A stretch of 63,123 bases of DNA, the filler included, from Reclinomonas americana ATCC 50394 (Eukaryota), in assembly GCA_048213135.1 (NCBI GenBank). It is 11 parts of 11 records of this genome, joined end to end, with 100 filler letters (N's around TTAATTAATTAA, not from the genome) between each part and the next. Parts side by side here need not be neighbours in the genome. Positions count along the whole stretch, not along the records: positions 31,750 to 38,430 come from AFZH01018911.1; positions 38,531 to 41,781 come from AFZH01018912.1; positions 41,882 to 44,104 come from AFZH01018913.1; positions 44,205 to 45,876 come from AFZH01018914.1; positions 45,977 to 50,225 come from AFZH01018915.1; 6 more parts are not named here. One strand, written 5' to 3'. The position numbers and the translations under genes were made by a program. Positions 37,001 through 49,178 of the stretch are shown piece by piece; within the stretch, counting starts at the first letter, position 1, and each line of letters opens with the position of its first letter. The notes below the pieces were generated by a model. It was not told the DNA's origin and did not search any database. It saw only the letters and a program-made list of their open reading frames with translations.

Positions 37001-38430
37001 CTACGGCCCGTTCTGTTGCGTTGCTGCATTCACTACCAAAAAGTTGTTCTTTGTCCTCATATTGCACGTGCTATCCCATCACAGCTGGCACTGACGTGTG
37101 GACATCACCGACGCTCACACGCGCCATGTGTGGTCTCGCCCTCCGCAGCAGCAGCAATGATCTTGTGCTGTTTGGCGGTGATTCGACGCAAGAGTTCGCA
37201 GCCGACCCTCGGCTGTGGGCGTACAATACCGTCAGCCGTTTCGTCTCCCCTCACCCCTTCACGGCACGACAGGAGGCGTCCTCTCATGTTGTGTTGCTCC
37301 ACTTGCAGAGACGTGGCGAGTGCTGGCACCCACCGGATGCTCGTCCAGCGCCTCCACTCCCGGACCGCGTACCGGCCACACTCTGGTGATGAATCCGTCG
37401 CGCGACGAGTTGTTCCTCTTTGGCGGTCGCGGGACGACCACCGACTGCGTGCAGAACACACCCCCGTACCATTGCCCTGGGTCGACGAGCTTTGGCGTGC
37501 TGAACAGCGTGTGGCGCTTCAATTTTGGTTCGTGCTATTGCTGGTCTGTTGACGAGCAGCAGAGTCGCTGTTGCTCACATTACTTGCCGCAGGAACCAGC
37601 ACGTGGTCGACTACCACCTTCAGCACGTCTGTGTCGGCGCGGTACCGGCACTCAACCGTGGTGGTGGGCACGCTCATTTACATTTTCGGTGGACTCAGTT
37701 CGGGTGAGGCACCACTCAACGAGCTGTGGTCATTCAACGCATCGGGCGCCGGAACAGTCACCGCCACACGCCTGGCCAACGCGCCGTCGGCACGAGTCGA
37801 CGCCACTGTGTTTGCCTGCTCCTCCACCACCTCCATCTACGTGTTGGGCGGTGTCTCCAGCAGTGGCACTGTGCTGACGGATTTGCTAAAATACTCAATC
37901 GGTATGAAGCGGGAGGGGTAGTCTCCGTCTCTCTCTCACTCTCCCGCGCATACGCTCATTCCCGATACTGCAGGCTCCAACACGTGGTCCACTGTGACCT
38001 CGTCGACGCCGTACGCGCGCATCCAGGCGGCCGCGTTTGAGTATGCCAACCAAGTATGGATCTTTGGCGGCGTCAGCAAGACCACTAACCAAGTACTCGG
38101 CGAGCGACTCGTGTTTGATTGCGGTACGTCCCGCTGCGCACGTGTTGATGTCAGCAGCGTGCGCAGTCAACTGATCACTTGTTCCTCACGCGCAGCCACG
38201 GAGACATTCACACAGACGCAGGTGCCGACCAACAATGCCACATGTGAGTCGCACGGCCAGCGATTGAATCATGCTCCAGACTTGCTCACTGCGTATGCCT
38301 CTGAACAACACAGTCCCCTTCCACGCTCGCTTCGAGACTTGCAACGCCATGACCGCAGGTGGTACCCTGTATCGCATCGGCGGCAACAAGGTAGGCAGAC
38401 GACTGCTTTTCCCTCGCAATCTGTTTCTCT
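34014..38430 (+). CDS. Secreted or cell-surface protein: signal peptide, VWA domain, beta-sandwich region, kelch repeats; 3' truncated
   Basis: Signal MVSRRVTLVVVCLLLVMS. VWA: VDILVLFD|GSEN..NTAAYL..RPSASKFLIFVS..IFVATVGI. Kelch: PRTGHTLV..LFLFGG, RYRHSTVVVGTLIYIFGG, IYVLGG, VWIFGG. Confidence 0.8.
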
Positions 38431-38530
38431 NNNNNNNNNNNNNNNNNNNNNNNNNNNNNNNNNNNNNNNNNNNNTTAATTAATTAANNNNNNNNNNNNNN
38501 NNNNNNNNNNNNNNNNNNNNNNNNNNNNNN

Positions 38531-39256
38531 ATCTCCATCTGCCACGACATCATTCTGCAAACTGTCACTCCTTACTCACAGGCGCCCTCTCCCCTGCCTC
38601 ACTCCCCCTCGCCCCGCCTCTCACTCAAACTCTGCCTCGGCCTCTGCAGTTGTCTCACCGAGCCCGAGTCCAACCAGCTTGATAATGGGAATCACCAAGA
38701 TGTTGCCGAGAGCCCACAGTCCACCACCCAGAATACCCGTGGCCACGAAGGTGAAGGTGCCGGAGATGGCCTGATCAATGTATCCCATGGCCAAGATGCC
38801 AGTGGCCATTAGCCACTGCACCAGTCGGGGAGTGAGTGAGACAGACAGACAGACAGAGAGACACGCTCTTCTCTCTCACACACACGTGCCTGGAACACAA
38901 AGCCGTCTTCCGTGTTCACCCACTTGACGACGACATAGTTGGACTGCGTGTGAGAGACAAGAGAATGAGTGCATGAGTGAGTGAGCAATGTGATGTGTGA
39001 GAAGAATCGAGCGCGGGAGAGAGTGTGTAACTCCGAAGAAGAGAATGGCCACCAGGGCGCCGAGGTAGCTGCACACAGAGAGTGAGAGAAGGAGAGAGGT
39101 GAGCGACGTGAGTGTGTGAGTGCGTGCGGAACATTGCACGCAGAGCGCTTGCCCTCGTGCTCCACACATGCAGAGTGCGTGAAGTGGGATGATAGGGAGA
39201 GAGTGGGTGGGTGGGAGACGTGAGATGACGAACCCGATTGCCGTGTCGTTCACCAT
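38531..39256 (-). CDS. TMEM144: TMEM144-family (DMT superfamily) transporter, N-terminal part
   Basis: G|YLGALVAILFFG|SNYVVVK..DGFVFQ|WLMATGI..GILGGGLWALGNILVIPIIKLVGLGLG. Confidence 0.88.
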
Positions 39257-39303
39257 GGCCACGATCACTGCGATGTGTTCGTCTCTTTGTTTCATCGATT
39301 GGT

Positions 39304-40548
39304 TCACTTGTCTTCTACCACTGCCACCTCCTCCCCATCCTCCTCCTTCTCCTGCGTCACATGCGCAAACGCCACCTCATCTGTCCAGCACAACTTGAAA
39401 TCGTTCTCCGGCTCCAGCTTGCGCACCCATACCTGCATGCCGACATGCAGCACCTCCAACTCGCCAGCGTACGTGGCCAAGAAGCCGTCAATGGCCGGCT
39501 TGGGGGTGTGGTGCGCTGGCCGCCGACCGTACATCCACAAGTAATCGTCCAGCGCCAGTACGCCTCCCACACGCAGCAAATGGAAGGCGTGCACGGCGTC
39601 CTCCAGCGTGCGGGTCGCCGTGTGGCACGCATCCACGTACACGAAATCGTACAACTCGGTGCGCGGCTTGTCGGCCGTCAGCAGACGCATCATGGCCGGG
39701 AGACTCTCCTCGTGTATGTACCGCACACGACCCTGCTCCATGTACGGCTTCAACGCCCGCTGGAAGCGCTCCACCGGCCCGTGATAATCAATGCAGTCGA
39801 TCGTGGCCTCCGGCAACGAGTTGCGCATCATAAAGAGCGCCGAGCGGCCCTCGTAGCTGCCGACCTCCAGCATGCGCAGCGTGGTGTTGAACGGCACAAA
39901 GCTGTAGAACATTTGCGGGAACATGGACGTCGTCATCCAATCGTCGCCGAGGAACAACTCGCTGTCGGGCGGGCTCGGCGGGAAGGTGCCCTCCGGCAGT
40001 GCGGCCACCAGTCTCTCGCGCTCTGCATACCGCGCGCGAGCCACCGAGTCGCGTACAGCCGACACCAGCGCTGCATGCACATTGCGCACTGTCGCACACT
40101 CGTCGATGGCACGATCCCGCATAAAGGCGATCACTGGGTGGGTGAAGGGAGTGAGAAAGGGAGTGTCCACAGTGTGTTCGTGTGTGTGTGTCAGTCTGCG
40201 TCCCTCGCTCTCTCTCTCACCTGCTTCATGCGTGTTGCTCTTGCCGACCACCGACAACACCTTTGCCTCCTCCTGATCGACACTCATGAGGACGCCAGTC
40301 ACATCCGTCATTGTGCGCGCCTCGTGCAGATCGACCGCGCGCAGAGACACATTGTGCTCGTCGGAGAGACAGGCGGCGAGGAAGAGCTCGCGTGGTGTTG
40401 GTTGAGGAGGCGGAGGAGGCGGAGGAGGTGGAGCAGAGTCTTTCTTGGCTTTCCGCTTGATCTCACGTGCGTCGGCGGTGCATGTCAGCAGAAGCGCGCA
40501 GGCAAGAAAGACAAGAGCGATGGTGAGGAGCGCGCGATGTGGCGACAT
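39304..40548 (-). CDS. Class I SAM-dependent methyltransferase (Methyltransf_24-like) with an N-terminal signal peptide/anchor
   Basis: Leader MSPHRALLTIALVFLACALLL; motifs MLEVGSYEGRSA, IDCID, YDFVYVDACH..LEDAVHAFHLLRVGGVLALDDYLW and TPKPAIDGFL. One intron. Confidence 0.88.
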   Translation of the reverse strand: MSPHRALLTIALVFLACALLLTCTADAREIKRKAKKDSAPPPPPPPPPQPTPRELFLAACLSDEHNVSLRAVDLHEARTMTDVTGVLMSVDQEEAKVLSVVGKSNTHEAGERESEGRRLTHTHEHTVDTPFLTPFTHPVIAFMRDRAIDECATVRNVHAALVSAVRDSVARARYAERERLVAALPEGTFPPSPPDSELFLGDDWMTTSMFPQMFYSFVPFNTTLRMLEVGSYEGRSALFMMRNSLPEATIDCIDYHGPVERFQRALKPYMEQGRVRYIHEESLPAMMRLLTADKPRTELYDFVYVDACHTATRTLEDAVHAFHLLRVGGVLALDDYLWMYGRRPAHHTPKPAIDGFLATYAGELEVLHVGMQVWVRKLEPENDFKLCWTDEVAFAHVTQEKEEDGEEVAVVEDK

Positions 40549-40975
40549 GAGATGAAATTGGACAGCGCGGTCCTGCACGCTGTCTGCTGTGATGTCGACG
40601 AGTGGGTCGACGAAGGGGAAGAGTGCTGGCTGCGGGCTGTGTTTGAGACGATCGCAAGTGCAGTTGGTCGACGTTTGCGATATCGATCGCATTCGACGAG
40701 CTGATATGCCAGCAATGCGCATCTTACACTCACTAGTATGATCGTGTGCGCGTTTTGTCACTTGTGTGCATCGCTCGTTGTTGCCTGCAGTTGTGAGTGC
40801 GCAACGTCGACGTCGATGACTGATATCTTCCCCGACGTCGATCGACGACGTGAACCGACAAGTGCGCAGCTTGTAGAACCACTCGCGAGTACACACGCTG
40901 TCTGTTGCTTGACTGTATACGTCTTTCTCCGTGTTTGCGTGAAGTTTTCGCACAGGACACTTGATCTCCAGCACC

Positions 40976-43900
40976 ATGAGCGGCGGTCTCGAGGTGAGCT
41001 TTCTCACACCCACACACAGCTCCCTCGCCTACACACGCGCCTCGTGCAACCACCATCTCCATCGCTCGTCTCTGCATGCACGGAGGGAGTGTTCTTCCGC
41101 GCGCCATGTCGTCATGCTCACAACAAACTGCACACGCGCTCTCTCTCTCTCTCTCTCTTCTCTCCGCATAGGACACTGCTGGGTGGTTGCACAAGCAAGG
41201 CGGTGCCATCAAGACATGGAAGCGACGATGGTTCTGGTTCGATGGAGCGCGCCTAAAGTATGGCAAGAAGCAGGGCGCCGCCGCCATCTCCTTCATACCG
41301 CGTCGCTCCGTCTCGCTCGTCGACTACGAAGACGAGGTGCCGAGTGGACCGAAAAAGTACCGCGAATTCGGCATCAAAGTGCGCCCTCTTGTTGTGTGTG
41401 TGTGTGTGTGTCCGCGTGACTCATCATCGTGTGGCAGGTGGTGACCTCGGAGCGCACGTACACGTTTCTTGCGGAGGACTCTGACTCGCGTGTGCTGTGG
41501 GTGGAGGCGATCATGGACTGGATTGATCGGCCGGCGGAGGATTTCCCCGATGAGGCGCTGGAGACGGCGTCGGCGGGTGGTAATGAGGACGAGGATGATG
41601 ATGATGATGGTGCGTTGTATGGTGTGTCGTCGTCATGGTGGTGGTGGTGGTGATGATGCTGACACGGTGTGTAGATCACAAGTCGATGAGCGGACGCAGT
41701 GAGGCTTCGGTGTTGTCGGCGTCGTCGACGGCGTCGACGGCGGCTGTGCCGAGCAAGCCGGCGGTGGCTGTGGCCTCACCGNNNNNNNNNNNNNNNNNNN
41801 NNNNNNNNNNNNNNNNNNNNNNNNNTTAATTAATTAANNNNNNNNNNNNNNNNNNNNNNNNNNNNNNNNNNNNNNNNNNNNGCTGCTGCTGCTGCTGCTG
41901 CAACTCCAGCTACGGAGACCACGGCCGCGGCCGAGGAAGCACAGCTACCAACGAGCGGATTGGTTGTGTCGGGCATTCGCGCCAGTCGAACAACAAGCAA
42001 TTCAGGTTCATCCTCTGGCAGTGGCGCCTCTGGTCCCGGCACACCGACTGGCGCCAAGAGGCCCTCAGCAAGTACCACCGCTGCAGCGCAGGCACTGTCG
42101 GGTACACGCACGGGCCTCGGTCCAGTGTCGAACAGCGGGTCCGCGTTGTTGCGAGGCTCCAGCACGGGAGGACGCAGTGGCAGCACTGCTGGTAGCGGTG
42201 GTTCCTCTGTGGCGGCTCTCGCTGCCGCCAGTCTCGCCAGCGTCCCGTCAATGTCGGCAAGCGCCACCGAGTACAGCAGTTCGCCCAAGTCCGGCGGCAA
42301 GATACCATCGCGTCTCTCCAGTCGTCCGGCCCCAGTTGCCGTGGCTGGTGATGATTCTTCGTCATCGCCTGTGCCGATTCCGGGAATTGGAAGTATCCGG
42401 CGGCCGTCAGCTTCCACCGAGTCCACAGGCTCTGCTGCATCTGCTGCGTCCGGTTCCGGCAGTAGCACTGCAGCTGGCGCTGCGTCTTCGCCCGACACAC
42501 CCACCGCTGCTGCTGCTGCTGCGGGTGGCACTACTTCTGCGAACGGAGCGTCGGGCTCAGCCGGTAGCGGAGAGGGCGAGAGTACGGCAACAGCAAAGCC
42601 GCCAGGTGTGTTGTCGATTCGTGCTGCCGAGAGCCTGCCCGTACTCATTCGCTCGTTAGCAGCCACTCCGCGACAGCCTGTGATGAGTCTGGGTATTGCT
42701 GGCATGTCGACCATGCGGGGTGTGTCTCCGCTGGTCAAGGACTTTGCCGACATCGCCTCACGCGAGAGCATTATGAATTTGTTGAAGACCGATGGTGAGT
42801 AGGCAATAATTGCGCGCACAGTCGGGGCCGCTGTGTCGTTGCGCTGACACAATTTCTGTGGAGTAGAAAACGGTGTGTTGGTCATGTCGGATATTGTGGA
42901 GAAGGAGAATAAGCGCGGCAAGCGGCAAGCACGCCTTCTCTGTGTGCTGGAGCGTGCATTAGTGTTGTTGACGCCACCCAGTGCCTCGAGTTCTGTACTC
43001 CACGTCCTTCCCATTGACAAGGTAATGTGTGTGTGTGCACGGCCTTGTGCACATTCTTGTTCTCCCTGACATCCGATTGTCAGCTCGCCGGCATTTTCCT
43101 GTCGGAGGAAGAATCGACGTGCCTTGCGTTCCGTGTGTACGGCGATCACGATTTTCTGTTGCTGTCACCGAATCGAGTGGACTTGGTGGAGCTGTTTGTG
43201 CAGCTGGCGCAGTCGCGCAGTGAACGACGTCTGCCGTGCACAGTTGCGTGGCGGAATGCTCTCTCTCTCTCTCTCTCCCTCTCCCTCTCCCTTCTGTATC
43301 TGAGTCTCACTGTCGTGCGCCGTTGTCTACCACAGCGTGTGTCCAATGTGCGCACCGTGCTTCACCGCGACAAGATCACTCCCGCGCTCCCCGACGACAT
43401 CAATGGTGAGGGTCGCGCGAATGACCGGCAGTGCTTGCATGGCAGGCGCATCTGATCACGACTGTTGGTTGTGTGCTGCAGAGCTGAGTCGCATGCAGCT
43501 GGTCGGTGCCGATCGCGATCTGGCTCAATTGGCACATCACCCCACAAGCATGGCCAGTCTGGCCGCAGGTGGTGAGTAGTTGCTGTCGCGCAGCACTATT
43601 TTTTGCTCATTGCTCATCATCTCATCTCTCCCACAAAGGCGAGACCAAAGTACTGTTCTCAGTGCTGCTCGCCAAGGTCAATCATCGCGACACCAAGCAA
43701 CAGCGGTACTTGTGCATCACTGACGCGACAGTGTACACATTTGACTTGGACTTTGCGTGTCTGCGTCGCATCGAAATCAAGGTTGGTGGAGACTTACACG
43801 CGTTCTTGCGTCACCCGGGATTCTCAACGCAACTTCATTCATGCGTGCAGGACATCTCGTCAGTGGTGGTGAGCACTGCAGATGAGGAGACATTTGCCCT

Positions 43901-46900
43901 CATGGTGCCGTCCGAGTACGATATTATGTTTGTGTCGCGTGAACGAGCGGAGATTATCGAGTTGCTCAGCCAAGTTCACCCGGCCAAGCGTCTCTCCGAC
44001 GGTCTCTTCATTCAGGTGATACAATTTGACTCTTGTGGTCAGCAGCAACCTGCCACAGAAGCACGTTGATAACATCTCCTTCTCTCTGTGTGTGTGTGTG
44101 TGTGNNNNNNNNNNNNNNNNNNNNNNNNNNNNNNNNNNNNNNNNNNNNTTAATTAATTAANNNNNNNNNNNNNNNNNNNNNNNNNNNNNNNNNNNNNNNN
44201 NNNNGTCGTCGATTGCCCATTCGGTCTCTGAGTGGTGCGTCGCTCGCAGATGAACACCACGCGCCGCGTGCTGCAAAATAGCATCAAATCGGGAGATGCA
44301 CGTGCTCTTCGTATGGCGATTCAGAATGCGCGATCCTTGGGCATGGGTGCGTCGCGTCGTTCTCGTATGCTGCCTCTTGCACAGGCGACCCGAATGCTCA
44401 TGCAGTCGCTCTCTGCTTTTTTTGTCGCGCAGCCGAATCGGAGATCACAGAGGCGGAAAACGCTCTCAAGTCACTGCAAGGTGCCGAGGCCGTTCGTCGT
44501 GACCTGCGTCTTGCCGTGGTCAACAAGGATCTGGTCGCACTGGAGGTGTGTGTACATTCATGTCATTCATCAGAGAGGCTCGGTTTACTGATTGATGATC
44601 ACGCAGGCGGCGGCAACCAAGGCGGCGGCCTTCCCTGTTCTTCGCGACGAGATCACGAAAGCCCGTGAGGAACTGGCTCTGCGCGGCGAGTTGGAGACAC
44701 TGCGCACCAAGTTGGATCACGCGATCGAATCGCGCGACTATGATGAGATTCAGCGCGCGCTCAGCACTGCCAACGCGCACCCGATGGCTGTCGAGTTACA
44801 AGAAAAGTTGGAGAAGGGCGAAGTGGTGCTGCGTGAACTGCAAGAGGTGGAGCAGAGGCGACGCCATAGCGAGTCGCTGGAAGTGATGGAGGGACTGGAG
44901 CGTGCCATCCAGGTGAGTGCATGAAGGCACGTGTCGGTGTCCTCCCTCTGGTTGAGTAATTTTTCTTTGTTGATCGCAGTCGGGTCAAGCCGATCAGATC
45001 CGCGAGAAATTGACCCGCGCCAAGGCTTTCTGCGAGGCCACTGGCACTGGTACCACCAACGTTTTGCACTTTGGTCTGGTTGGCCTGGGTGACAAGCAGC
45101 TGGAGCAGTCGTTGTTGTCGACTGTGGCGCAGGCTGAAAAGGTTTGTATTTATTTGTTCCCCTCACTTCATCGTGTTCGTCTGCTCACTTGCTTGCGACA
45201 GTCTGCACAAGAGCACATTCAGCGTGACGAGGCGTTTGCGAGTCTTCGTCAGGCCCTGGAGGCGCGCGACCGTGTGCGCTTGACTGAGACGCTGCAGACG
45301 ATCCGTGACCGCCGGTGGGACATGTACGAGCAGCATCTCATCCGCTCCGCCGAGCGACGCCGCGAGGAGCTGGAGGTACAGTGCTCTCTGAACTTATGTG
45401 GTGCACTGCATTCTGTCACTCACATCACTTGTACACATGTGTGTGTGCGCGCACACAGCGCGAGGAGGTTATTCGGGCACGAATGTCGCAGCTGATTGGG
45501 GAGCTTCGCACACTGCACACAAATCTTGCGGCGCCGCTCATGCCGCGTGCCGAGTTGCTTGGCGAGATTCGTGATGTGGCCCGCGTGGCAGCTCCGTTTT
45601 CCGCACTCGGCGACGCGATTGATGGTGAGAGATCCGCAGTGGCGATTGTGTGCCGTTGCCGACTTCTTGTTTATTCTTCTGACCTGTCGATGCGTCAGAT
45701 TCACACGCGCTGTGCGACGAAGTGGTGATGCGAATGGATCTGGAGCGCAGCCTGAGTGAAATGGTGGCACAGCCGGATGTTAATGCTGTTGCCATTGAGA
45801 CGCTGTTGGAGCAAGCGCAGGAGGCCAAGTGTGCGTGAAACATAGTTTCGCAATGATTGTCGCCGTTGGCACATGGNNNNNNNNNNNNNNNNNNNNNNNN
45901 NNNNNNNNNNNNNNNNNNNNTTAATTAATTAANNNNNNNNNNNNNNNNNNNNNNNNNNNNNNNNNNNNNNNNNNNNTCGGCGACTGCCACCGTTGCCTCT
46001 GGTGGCGAACAAGGGAAGGGTAGTGAGGCGTCGGCCAAGAAGGGCCTTCACAAGATGGGTCTGCGTCAGCGGGTTGCCTCGGACAAGGCAGAAGGTGCGT
46101 GTCGAGAGCTGTACTTTGCGGCTCCCTTCGCGTATTTTTTCTCATGCACATCGCAATGGATGCAGATGTAACTGCTCCTCCGCCTCCGCCATCCACCGCC
46201 GCATCACCTGTGGTCGTCACTGGAGAGACCACGACTGTCACCCCCGCTGCGCCACGCGGCACTGCTGCGGCCTCTGCCCCGCCACCTGCTGCTGCTGCAG
46301 CAAGCACCGTCACCAGCTCTGCCGGGGAGGATGCGGTGGTGGGCTCTGGCCCGACGGAAGACGACGACGAGGGCGAGAGTGGCGAGTTGCACTCTGTGTT
46401 TACGCCGCAAGATTTGGAGGACCTGCTGAAGACCGAGGACGGGTGAGGCGGCTATGAGCGTCTCTTTTGTCGCCAATTTCTCCGCTCTCACCATGTCCCT
46501 TGTGTGACAGTGATTCGCCACTGCGCCCCGGCGATCGAATTTCCTTGTCGGGCATCTTGCTGAGATACGGCAAGGACAAGACCTTTTCGCTGTGCGCGGA
46601 GAATTCTATTGGGGCTGGACCCCGTTCGCAACGGCTGCGAGACCGGATCGCCACACTGGAGAGGAAGATGGCAGAGGCCTCGGCGGAGGGCAATGCTGAC
46701 ACTGCGGCTCGCTGCCAGGAGGAATTGACCCGGCTGGATAACGAAATGCGGCGAGTGGTGCTGGCTGGCGGGGTTCGTGCGCTGTGCAGCGGTGGAACAA
46801 TCCACTCTCTTTGTTTGTATGTGTGTGTGCTCTGCTGCCGCTGACTGCCTCGTGGGGTTGATGCTTGCAGCTTACTGTTGGCTTCCGGTACTCGACCTGG

Positions 46901-49042
46901 GAGTTGGTGCAGGCGGCACCGACGGCCGAGAGCACCACGACGCACTTCGAGGCGGAGAAACAGGCCACACGACGAGCGCGTTCTCTTTCTGCCATTGTGA
47001 ATCCGGTACGATGTTCACGAACGTGTCGCTGTGTTGCCCTTCACCTGGTCTGACTGCGTTGCGTCACAGGCGCCCCCTCCGTCGGCGGTGGAGGCGGGTG
47101 CGCCGCCTATTGATGTGACAGTGCCGCCTGATCGCGACGCGGACACACCTCCGATTAGCAGTCCTGCCTCACATGACTCGCTGGAAGTACCGTTGCGTCA
47201 GCGCACACGCACACGCGCGCATGTCAATCGATCGATTGATGGTATACTTATCATGCATGCAGACCGTCGCCCATGAACCGCGTGGAGAATTCCACACCAC
47301 CACAGCGACTGTCGGTGACGCACATCAATGCTGGCGACCTGGTGGAGGAACTGGCCTCGAGTTTGCGTGATCTGAAGGCCGAGTGTGCGGAGCGCGAGCT
47401 GCACGGCGTCGTAGGTACGTTGTGCACCTGCTGTGCTCTCTCCGCAATGATATCGAGACTCACTTCACACTGCGACAGGCGTTCGAGATGCTCACGGCTA
47501 CTATGTGGTGGCCCCAACGGCGACTCTGGCGCTGCAGGCGGTGAAACTGATTCATGCAATTCTGACGGATCGTGTGCGGGTACGGAATCCTTGCTCGCCC
47601 TTTTTCCCAGTTCGTTTAGTTTTGCTGAATGACTGGAGTGCTGTGCAGGAAGCGTATGACGTTTCCGGTGATCCGCTCCGCATCCTCAGTCAAGTGCGAT
47701 CACCCGACGCCGACGCTGCCTTCCGCGACTTTTACTCCTTGTCCAGTTGCGCTGATCCATTCAGACATACACGTGCCAGCTATTGATAATCATGCCTCTC
47801 AATCCGTGTATTGCAGATGTGCGCAAGCTTACCGAGGCGCAGTTGAACCGCCTCGGGCTGCTGCTGTTTATTCAGTACTGCCTGAACCAGCGCTTCTTGT
47901 CGACCATGTTGCAAATCGCGTTGACAACACCTGGATTCGTCGAGACCACGTACCATCCAACAGCACTGATGGCGAATCCGGCCGGACTCGATGATTTGTT
48001 TGGCGTACTGGCACTGCTGTTGCAGGTGTGTGTTTGTGTGTGTGACACCGAGAAGATAGCCTCTCTTGCGCTGGGCCTCACTGACACGTTGCGTGTCTTT
48101 TGCATAGTTTTCTTTCTCGTTCAAGCTCGGAACGCGAGACGCCCCTACTCAGCCCAAGCCCGGTGCGTTGTTCTTTGCGCTTTATATTACGTGTGTCAAT
48201 ACGCCGTATTGACGGGTTGTTTTGTATCTTGCAGTTGCTGCTGCGGTTGGATTCGAGGCTCCGTTGGTGGCTGTGGTCAAGGCGATTGCCAGACACTTTG
48301 TGCAAACTGGTCAAGCTCGCGATTTGGTGCGTCCTGTTGTTGTCGTTGATGATGATGTGTGGAGTGCTAATCGATACGTGTGCCGCCAGAAACTGCTTGG
48401 CGATGATTCCATCACGCCGGCCATCACTGTCTTGGTGCGCGGTGACTTGTGCACTGCGGTGGCCACGGTGCTGTCAATAGGGTTCAAGGCGAAGCGTCTG
48501 TTTGGTTCGAATCATCTGTGGGACATGTTTGTGCGGGCATCCAAGAACGCAAGAGGCCTTGGTGTCACTCTTGCCACGGCGGTCTCCAGCATTGACGATC
48601 TGGTCGAGAGAAGTCTGCGCTCCGGCGACAAGGACGTCAAGTTCCGCACACTCGTTTGTCACGCACTCAAGTTTCGCAGTCGCCGCTTCCGCACACTCCC
48701 GATGACACGCCTGTTTATCACTCACGCACCACCACCCTCTGCGTTTGCAGCACTCATGTGTTGTGTGAATTCCTGAGCGCGGTGTTGTCGGACAGCGACA
48801 TTTTGGAAAGATACTACGAAGAGTCGTCACCGTTCTGGCAAGCAGGTGCAATTGACGCGCTGCAGCGGGCGTGTGGCAAACTTGGTGAGCTTCTGTGGTC
48901 GCGGTGGTGGTCGTGAAGACAACCGGCAGTGACTGACATGACCTTGTGCACAGACAAATTGCCGTTCCGCCTGGCGTTGGACCGCGAGTTGGACTCGGAA
49001 GACGCTGGTGCAATGAGCGGCGACGATAGTGATGAATGGTAA
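40976..49042 (+). CDS. PH - Ser-rich - two myosin-I TH1-like - helical/UVR-like - RUN-domain protein; contiguity across three gaps is inferred
   Basis: PH: GWLHKQGGAIKTWKRRWF..RTYTFLAE..WVEAI. TH1: LVMSDIVEKENKRGKRQARLL and VLFSVLLAKVNHRDTKQQRYLCITDATVY..SEYDIMF..RAEII. RUN: LCTAVATVLSIGFK..HLWDMF..KFRTLVCHALN..ILERYYEESS. TAA at 49040-49042. Confidence 0.65.
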
Positions 49043-49178
49043 TGCAAAAATGAAAAAAATGTTCTTGTTTAACTCTTTAAATAGATGGTGCGTGAAAACA
49101 ACCACATACTTTTACTCTCAGTTTTCTCTCTCTCTCTTTCTCTGCGAACAACAACACCGACGCTGGGGGGAGGAACCA

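Noticed and set aside
41830..43149. Long antisense and alternative-frame ORFs in the supplied track (e.g. 41830-43149 -, 39238-40704 +, 1031-1849 +)
   Set aside because: They are shadow ORFs arising from high GC content and low-complexity sequence, mostly opposite real exons, with no recognisable motifs.
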